A stretch of 64,000 bases of DNA, from contig JANNBC010000013.1 in NCBI GenBank assembly GCA_031385045.1, forward strand, positions 42,880 through 106,879, written 5' to 3'. This DNA comes from a bacterium. Its GTDB lineage: Bacteria > Bdellovibrionota_C > UBA2361 > CALJRW01. The translations under genes were made by a program, and so were the position numbers. Positions 57,919 to 64,000 of the stretch are shown piece by piece; within the stretch, counting starts at the first letter, position 1, and every line of letters starts with the position of its first letter. The notes under the pieces are model-generated. The model was given only the letters and a program-made list of their open reading frames with translations, had not been told where the DNA came from and made no database searches.

Positions 57919-59040
57919 TTAAAAGGCGAATTGGTAGACTTTCCCTGTACCATAATCCAAGAAATAAAGTTCCTGATTCTCATCCACACCAAAGCTGGAA
58001 ATATTTAAATCAGTATCAATTAACTCAACGGTTGATATGTTCTGAGCATCTTTGGTTAATGCAAAGATCTTTCCGGCGACAAAATCACCAAAGATATATT
58101 TACCAAAAAGCGCTGGGAAATTTCCTCCACGATAAACATATCCTCCGGTGATCGAAGTTCCAGTTGAATGCGTATAAGAGTATACAGGCTTGATTGTTTT
58201 TCTATTGCTACAAATCGGCTCTGAACATTCATAGTCAAGATTACCCTCTTTTAATCGCCAACCATAGTTACCACCATTTCGGATAATATTTACTTCTTCA
58301 ATTCTTGCTTGACCAACATCACCTGCCCAAAGCTTATTAGACTCCATATCAAAACTAATCTTCCAAGGATTTCTAAGCCCATAGGCATAAATCTCTTTAC
58401 GGAATCTCTGTGTATTTGTAGCAAATGGATTACTTCTTGGGATAGAATAATTCCTACGCGGTCTGGCATGATCAATATCAATCCTAAGGATTTTCCCCAA
58501 TAAAGAACGTCTATTTTGAGCTCTATTTTCGGGATCCCCTCCGCTTCCGCCATCACCTGAAGCTATATATAAAAACCCATCAGCTCCAAAAGTTAATGAA
58601 CCTCCATTATGATTACTATAAGGCTGTGAATATGTAAGAATAATCAATTCACTATCGGCACTAACTACCCCTTGGACTTCTTGAAATCGAGCAATAACGC
58701 TTGCTCCATCAGACTCTCTAGTATAGTTCACAAAAAGATAACCATTTTCAGAAAAATTTGGATGGAATGCCAATCCTAACAAACCTTGTTCGCTGCTAAT
58801 TCGAATTTTTTCACTGATATCTAAATATAAAGATTTAGTAGTCGTTAAGGTGTTATTGTTAAAGGAATAAATCTCTCCTGATTGCTGAGCAACAAATATT
58901 CTGCCCGAACCATCTTTAGCATTTTGTAAATCTATTGGTTGAGTAAATGCTAAATTTGGGAAAGCTTCGGTAATGTCATACTGAGCCTGAAGTGTGGCAG
59001 AAAGAAAAATTGATAACGAAGCTAAGATAAATTTAAACAT
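57919..59040 (-). CDS. PQQ-dependent sugar dehydrogenase (GSDH family), secreted
   Basis: EQGLLGLAFHP, NHNGG, GDGG, YGLRNPW, GDVG, NYGW, SSFG.D. Confidence 0.92.
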   Translation of the reverse strand: MFKFILASLSIFLSATLQAQYDITEAFPNLAFTQPIDLQNAKDGSGRIFVAQQSGEIYSFNNNTLTTTKSLYLDISEKIRISSEQGLLGLAFHPNFSENGYLFVNYTRESDGASVIARFQEVQGVVSADSELIILTYSQPYSNHNGGSLTFGADGFLYIASGDGGSGGDPENRAQNRRSLLGKILRIDIDHARPRRNYSIPRSNPFATNTQRFRKEIYAYGLRNPWKISFDMESNKLWAGDVGQARIEEVNIIRNGGNYGWRLKEGNLDYECSEPICSNRKTIKPVYSYTHSTGTSITGGYVYRGGNFPALFGKYIFGDFVAGKIFALTKDAQNISTVELIDTDLNISSFGVDENQELYFLDYGTGKVYQFAF

Positions 59041-59229
59041 TTAGAGGACCCTATAAAATTAACAATGAACTAGTGCAGTCTAACTCTAATTAGTGATTAC
59101 TAAAAGAAAATATTAAGGAATAAATGCTTTAAAATGATAAAAAGACACTAAGCTTGAAGAAATCATATCCTAGTGACGAAGAATACTCAGCTCAAGACTT
59201 GATTAGCAGATAATTTTTAGTAAAATATC

Positions 59230-59451
59230 TTGATGAGAGGACAACTACAAGAAGACATAGGAAGATCAAATTCAGGAGACTCGGTTCATCGAACATCTGA
59301 ACAACAGCGAGAAAGAGCAAAGAAATTTAGAGAAGAAGTAGGAATAAGAGTGACCCAGAGAACAGCGGATCTAGGCGAAGCTTATTTCCCATCATTTGGA
59401 TCCGCAGTTAAAAATAAAAATGAACTCCCAAAACCTTCTACTTCACTATGA
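59230..59451 (+). CDS. Small hypothetical protein
   Basis: 73-aa charged ORF; no motif. Confidence 0.35.
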   Translation: MMRGQLQEDIGRSNSGDSVHRTSEQQRERAKKFREEVGIRVTQRTADLGEAYFPSFGSAVKNKNELPKPSTSL

Positions 59452-60528
59452 AGATCGAGGCAGTTCGGCATCCGAGAGTCTAGAATCTAGATTACGCCGA
59501 TCTAAATATTGATGGTAAATTCCTGCGATCGCCTGATGAATTGGAAGCAACCCTTGATAAACAGAATCAGTTGGTTCTAATTTAAAAATTGAGTAGTTCT
59601 GATCCAGATGGATTAGATAAGCATGGGTCTCATCCTCTAAAACCCCTTCATCATAACCAAATGAAATCAATTTTGTACGATAAACTTCTTGTTGTTCTTC
59701 ACTAAGTTGACCTAAAACCTGGTTAATCTCTGCTCGGTAAGCAGGATCAAGAGAATATAATGCATGAGCAACTTCATGTTCGATTGTCCAATCTTGGCAA
59801 GAACTGGCAAATCCAATAATGTAAAAACTATCACGATGCTTAATAAAAGCTTTCTCTAGAGCTTGGATTAGATAGGACTCCACTGGTAAGATGTCGGGAA
59901 ATTTAGCTTTTAGAAATGAATCAGCTACGCTAGATGGAATATTAAAACCAACCCAGTCACGATAATATGTAAAACTCTCTCCGGAGCTGTGTTGCCCACA
60001 TTCTTTACTATACCACTCTACAAACTGAGCCCTAGAAAATACTTCATCCTTAAATTTTGGAGATTCATAATACTCCTGAATTCTTAGAAAGGCATAGCTT
60101 AACAGCAACTCTGAACCAACAACAACCTGAAAGATTCCCGCATACTTTTCTTGAAATTTAAAAATATCCTCAAAGCTTCTGGGAGAAATTCGGGGAATAA
60201 TTGCATCGGCGATTTGGCAAACCACACCGTCGAAGTAACCGGCGGTTTCTTTCGATAACTTTACTCCGTTAATATTCAGATCCGCATTCTCCAATACTTT
60301 TTTTGAAGATACAATCTCAATCAATTGCTCAAACTTCAGTAAACATTGGAAGTGGCTATCAACGATAGGACTAATAACTTTATCAATAACTTCTTGCAAT
60401 CTAGAAATAACCGCCAAATCCTCCGAATGAAATTGGAACGCATGCCCTTCGATCTCAAAGTCGAGGCTATGAGTCCTGATACGCAGACCTAAAATACGAC
60501 TTTCTTGAATAACTGGATCCGATGACAT
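59446..60528 (-). CDS. Hypothetical protein with zincin-type HExxH motif
   Basis: IEHEVAHA followed by DETHAY; upstream TTGCCT-N16-TATAAT promoter. Confidence 0.6.
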   Translation of the reverse strand: MSSDPVIQESRILGLRIRTHSLDFEIEGHAFQFHSEDLAVISRLQEVIDKVISPIVDSHFQCLLKFEQLIEIVSSKKVLENADLNINGVKLSKETAGYFDGVVCQIADAIIPRISPRSFEDIFKFQEKYAGIFQVVVGSELLLSYAFLRIQEYYESPKFKDEVFSRAQFVEWYSKECGQHSSGESFTYYRDWVGFNIPSSVADSFLKAKFPDILPVESYLIQALEKAFIKHRDSFYIIGFASSCQDWTIEHEVAHALYSLDPAYRAEINQVLGQLSEEQQEVYRTKLISFGYDEGVLEDETHAYLIHLDQNYSIFKLEPTDSVYQGLLPIHQAIAGIYHQYLDRRNLDSRLSDAELPRSS

Positions 60529-60590
60529 TTAAGAATTATAATGGGCAACAGTACTTAGGCAACTTTTTGTAAAGTCTCTTAAAATACAGA

Positions 60591-62354
60591 CTAATTTGCT
60601 AAACTTAATTGATCTAAGATTAACCTTCCAGAACTATTTAAACGCACATCTCTTGTACTAGTTATTCTTACATAGAGTGTCTTGCCAGCTAAAGAAGGAA
60701 GAGAAAAAGTTTTTACCCTACGCGGAAGATAGTTTCTGATCTTCATGAGAAGTTTAAACTTTAAACCATCAAGCGAATATCTGATATTAAAGTTTTGGCT
60801 TCTAATACTTTTTTTACGAGCCTTAATATTAATTTTTGTCTGATAAAAACTAGTAGGCACATCAAATTGGTAGGTTGTATCTAGGAAAACTTTTTTCGGA
60901 TTCTTTGGCGTCCTAAGTATCTGAGATAATCGATCAGAATCTGTAAGCAAACTAAGTGCTCCGATGACACTACCCTGTCTTATGTTTTGACTTACGACCA
61001 AAGAACTAAGTGGCTCCTTACTAATGGAGAACTGATCTGCAACTTCCCCATTTACATCAATCATTTTTGCATCTAAACGATTACCGAGAATATCGATAAC
61101 CATTGATCCTAATTTTAATTGCGAGGTATACATTGCGGGATGATCAAGGGTGCCACCGGAAGCCTTAGCTGCTACTCCATTAACCGTATAAATTGTTCCG
61201 AAATGTCCCACTTCTTGTGAAGGCTTAGCATACGACCCAGGAGAACCATCCAAAATCATTTCGTCAGTAAGAGTTGTAGAATCTCCATAGTGACCATCAA
61301 TTAAAAAACTTCTTTCGTAACTATGACTATGTCCAGTTAATACCAAATCAACACCATAATCTTCGATAATTGGAAGAATCTGTTCTCGCATCTGGATTAA
61401 TTCAATTTCGGTATCGGAGTTATGGCTTCCCTTGCTATAAGGTGGATGATGCCAAAAGGCGATCTTCCACTTGCTGTGATCGCTTGCCAAATCTAACTTT
61501 AACCAACTAGCCATTTGCCCTGCACTATCTCGATCTTCATCGTATGAATTTAAACAGATAAAATGAATATTTGCATAATTAAAAGAGTAGTAAGATTCTG
61601 TACCAGAGGCGACACCACCAACCTCAGCATTCTTAGGGAGAGAGAAGGAGGAGTAATAGGGTATGTCACCAGACACATAATTCTTTGCATAGCCATCATG
61701 ATTACCAAGCGTTGGCCAGAGGACTGTATTTCTTAAGATACTCGGATAGATATTAAAAAGTGTATTTGTATATTCAGCATCTAGCCCATTATTATAAGCG
61801 TTATCTCCGAGCATTAACCAGAGATCCGCTTTTCTTCCTGTTGCAACAACATAATTCTCAAAACTATTTCTTACATTAATAGCATCAGTGTTGCCTCGAC
61901 CAGAATCACCGATTGTCCAAATTCTTGTTTGGCTCTCCGAACCTACAGCAGGATTTGTTTTAAAAAAATAACTTCCATCATTGACTGTCAGTAAACCTGC
62001 TGGGGTGGATACTTGATAATAATATTTAGTATTGGGAGTAAGGCCTGAGATCTCGACTCGATGTTCTATCGTAGCATCAACGGCTTGAGTGCTTATTAAA
62101 TTATCTTGAACTGTTCCAAAACTTACTTGTGAACTAGTAGCAAGATCTGTGCGGTAGCGCACAATAACTGTATTCTCTGAAGTTCTTTGCAGATATGGTC
62201 CCCTAATTATGCTAGGTGATTGTGCTGAAACTATTTGTGCAAAAAAAACTATCAAAAACAAGACTAGAGATTTCATTATAATTAGATAATACCACATTTT
62301 AGATCGGCAGTATGTAAACAATCCTTTAATCCCCAGAGAAATTCCCTTTCGCAA
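60591..62354 (-). CDS. Secreted purple-acid-phosphatase-like metallophosphoesterase
   Basis: RGPYLQ, FN3-like GLTPNTKYYY, GDSG, LGDNAY, GNHD, HHPPY, GHSHSYER; real start probably MKSLVLF. Confidence 0.9.
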   Translation of the reverse strand: MRKGISLGIKGLFTYCRSKMWYYLIIMKSLVLFLIVFFAQIVSAQSPSIIRGPYLQRTSENTVIVRYRTDLATSSQVSFGTVQDNLISTQAVDATIEHRVEISGLTPNTKYYYQVSTPAGLLTVNDGSYFFKTNPAVGSESQTRIWTIGDSGRGNTDAINVRNSFENYVVATGRKADLWLMLGDNAYNNGLDAEYTNTLFNIYPSILRNTVLWPTLGNHDGYAKNYVSGDIPYYSSFSLPKNAEVGGVASGTESYYSFNYANIHFICLNSYDEDRDSAGQMASWLKLDLASDHSKWKIAFWHHPPYSKGSHNSDTEIELIQMREQILPIIEDYGVDLVLTGHSHSYERSFLIDGHYGDSTTLTDEMILDGSPGSYAKPSQEVGHFGTIYTVNGVAAKASGGTLDHPAMYTSQLKLGSMVIDILGNRLDAKMIDVNGEVADQFSISKEPLSSLVVSQNIRQGSVIGALSLLTDSDRLSQILRTPKNPKKVFLDTTYQFDVPTSFYQTKINIKARKKSIRSQNFNIRYSLDGLKFKLLMKIRNYLPRRVKTFSLPSLAGKTLYVRITSTRDVRLNSSGRLILDQLSLAN

Positions 62355-62417
62355 AATGACAAATTAGCTTAATTCTTACTAAATGATATTATTTAGTAGC
62401 TTTACTGATTAGTTTTA

Positions 62418-62909
62418 TTGAAGAATTTGGACACAACCAAAATTATAAAACCCAACCTAGAGATTGTTACAATTGAAAACCCGGCGAGAGTCCGTGAGGT
62501 TGCCAATCAATTTGAAGAACTTTCTATTCATCCACCAAAAGATTTAGTTTTTTATTTTAGCATCTCGCTAGTTAGTGTAGTGATTGCCGGACTATCCCAA
62601 GCTGAAGAACGACTACATGTTCTTTACGATGCTGAAATCAAACGTCCACTGGGCTATGCCCATCTAATTGAAGATCCAAAAACTCAATCCGTATCAATTA
62701 ATTTATTAGAAGTATTTAAACATCACTGTGGGCTTGGTCGCGAATTAATGGAGTCAATCTTTGCTCAAGGCTATCAAAAGATCGAAGCCGAAGTGAGTAA
62801 AAAACCATCACTGGAAATGCACGCTGGTGTTCAAGCTTTCTATGCTAACAATGGGTTTGTTCCGGAACTAGAATCCGAAGCTTTCACTACGATGATCTGG
62901 AAGAGATAA
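62418..62909 (+). CDS. GNAT-like N-acetyltransferase
   Basis: LEV...CGLGRELM acetyl-CoA-binding motif and FYANNGF. Confidence 0.6.
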   Translation: MKNLDTTKIIKPNLEIVTIENPARVREVANQFEELSIHPPKDLVFYFSISLVSVVIAGLSQAEERLHVLYDAEIKRPLGYAHLIEDPKTQSVSINLLEVFKHHCGLGRELMESIFAQGYQKIEAEVSKKPSLEMHAGVQAFYANNGFVPELESEAFTTMIWKR

Positions 62910-63008
62910 ATATTTGAGATGTCTTAAGACTTAAAAGATTGTTGTTAGAATTTTCAATTAGCCTTTAAGGCACTTGCCCCAGCCCTTGCTGATTCAATCG
63001 CTTCTTTA

Positions 63009-64000
63009 AACCTCAGTTTTGGATAAGAAGAATGTAACTATCTAGAAATATTGAAATAAAATATTCTTGCCCCTGAAAAGTTTACTTTTTAGGTAAGGAG
63101 GCAAGAATATTATGCATTACTGCACAGTAGAAGTTTACACCAAAGTGGATGATTTTTGCAAAGATTTTTTAGGTAGTAAATCAAAACGAGTTATTTATTC
63201 TGGTGGAAAAAGGAGTCGTGATCGGAAGCGACAACTAAGCGTATCGGAATTGGTAACAATTCTGGTTACGTTCCACCTATCAGGACACAAGAATCTAAAG
63301 CAGTATTATTTATTTCTTTGCAACTATCATCGCAAAGATTATCCAGGACTAGTTAGTTATTCTTGCTTTGTTCAATTAATTCCGACAGCACTTGATCTGA
63401 CCTATGGTTTTTTACAAACGATGTATGGAGATTGTACTGGAATTAGTTTTATTGACAGTACTCCACTCCAAGTTTGCAAACCCAAACGAGCTAGTCGCAA
63501 TAAAGTTTTTAGAGGAATTGCAACCATTGGAAAAAGCACAATTGGTTGGTTTTTTGGCTTTAAACTCCATATCGTAGTTAATGAAGTTGGAGATTTGTTA
63601 TCTTTCTATTTTACTTCAGCAAACACCGATGACCGAAAACCAGTGCCTGCATTAACAGCAAAAATATTTGGTAAATTATTTGCCGACAAAGGTTATATTT
63701 CTAAAAAACTATTCCTTGAGTTGTTTAATAAAAATCTCAAATTAGTAACTGGAATTAAAGATAATATGAAAAATGCTCTGTTGGAATTTAATGAAAAAAT
63801 TCTACTGCGGAAAAGATCGATCATTGAAACCATTTTTGACCAACTAAAAAATATCTGTCAGGTGGAACATTCCAGACATCGTAGTAAGGTAAACTTCCTC
63901 GTTAATCTCATCGGAGCTCTAGCCGCTTATTCACTAAAACCAACTAAGCCTGCTATCAATTTTAACCAAATTCAGACTGCTCTTATCCAAAACTGAGGTT
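63009..64000 (+). mobile_element. IS982-family insertion sequence, apparently intact
   Basis: Perfect 20-bp inverted repeats AACCTCAGTTTTGGATAAGA at 63009-63028 and 63981-64000 enclosing a single transposase. Confidence 0.93.
63112..63996 (+). CDS. IS982-family DDE transposase
   Basis: FIDSTPL.VC, GWFFGFKLH, ADKGYIS, RS.IET.FDQLK..QVEHSRHRS. Confidence 0.95.
   Translation: MHYCTVEVYTKVDDFCKDFLGSKSKRVIYSGGKRSRDRKRQLSVSELVTILVTFHLSGHKNLKQYYLFLCNYHRKDYPGLVSYSCFVQLIPTALDLTYGFLQTMYGDCTGISFIDSTPLQVCKPKRASRNKVFRGIATIGKSTIGWFFGFKLHIVVNEVGDLLSFYFTSANTDDRKPVPALTAKIFGKLFADKGYISKKLFLELFNKNLKLVTGIKDNMKNALLEFNEKILLRKRSIIETIFDQLKNICQVEHSRHRSKVNFLVNLIGALAAYSLKPTKPAINFNQIQTALIQN

Noticed and set aside
5288..58556. 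Short nested or antisense ORFs in the track (e.g. 5288, 7911, 11413, 16169, 19322, 21569, 24779, 25689, 27096, 28045, 36414, 37781, 38268, 41771, 42421, 43888, 45677, 46744, 54454, 58056, 58290, 58309)
   Set aside because: All overlap well-supported genes and show no motifs; treated as chance frames.

Overview
AT-rich chromosomal segment from a Gram-negative bacterium; the gene content is loosely Bdellovibrionota/deltaproteobacterial-like, which is an inference only. No rRNA, tRNA or CRISPR array was seen. Main modules: (1) a partial type IV pilin gene divergent from a GT-C-like membrane protein; (2) an ECF sigma/zinc-finger anti-sigma pair divergent from an operon encoding a secreted KC(D/G)xGK-repeat HvfA/bufferin-like peptide, a DoxX protein and a Tat-exported GMC dehydrogenase pair, with no MNIO maturase; (3) an inorganic-carbon uptake operon (sulP, dabA, dabB, a NuoM-like subunit, a DUF2490 beta-barrel) led by a small secreted ORF ending in the RAPP ribosome-arrest motif, which is overlapped by an RNA hairpin; (4) a Tad/Flp pilus locus with no secretin, followed by a two-component pair, hemW and a TPR protein; (5) housekeeping and stress genes (prfC, ferritin, tRNA deaminase tadA, suhB-like, sodC, upp). 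Also present are a 197-bp MITE-like element with an 8-bp target-site duplication, two frameshifted genes, and an intact IS982-family element at the right edge. All protein calls come from motif recognition, not database searches.
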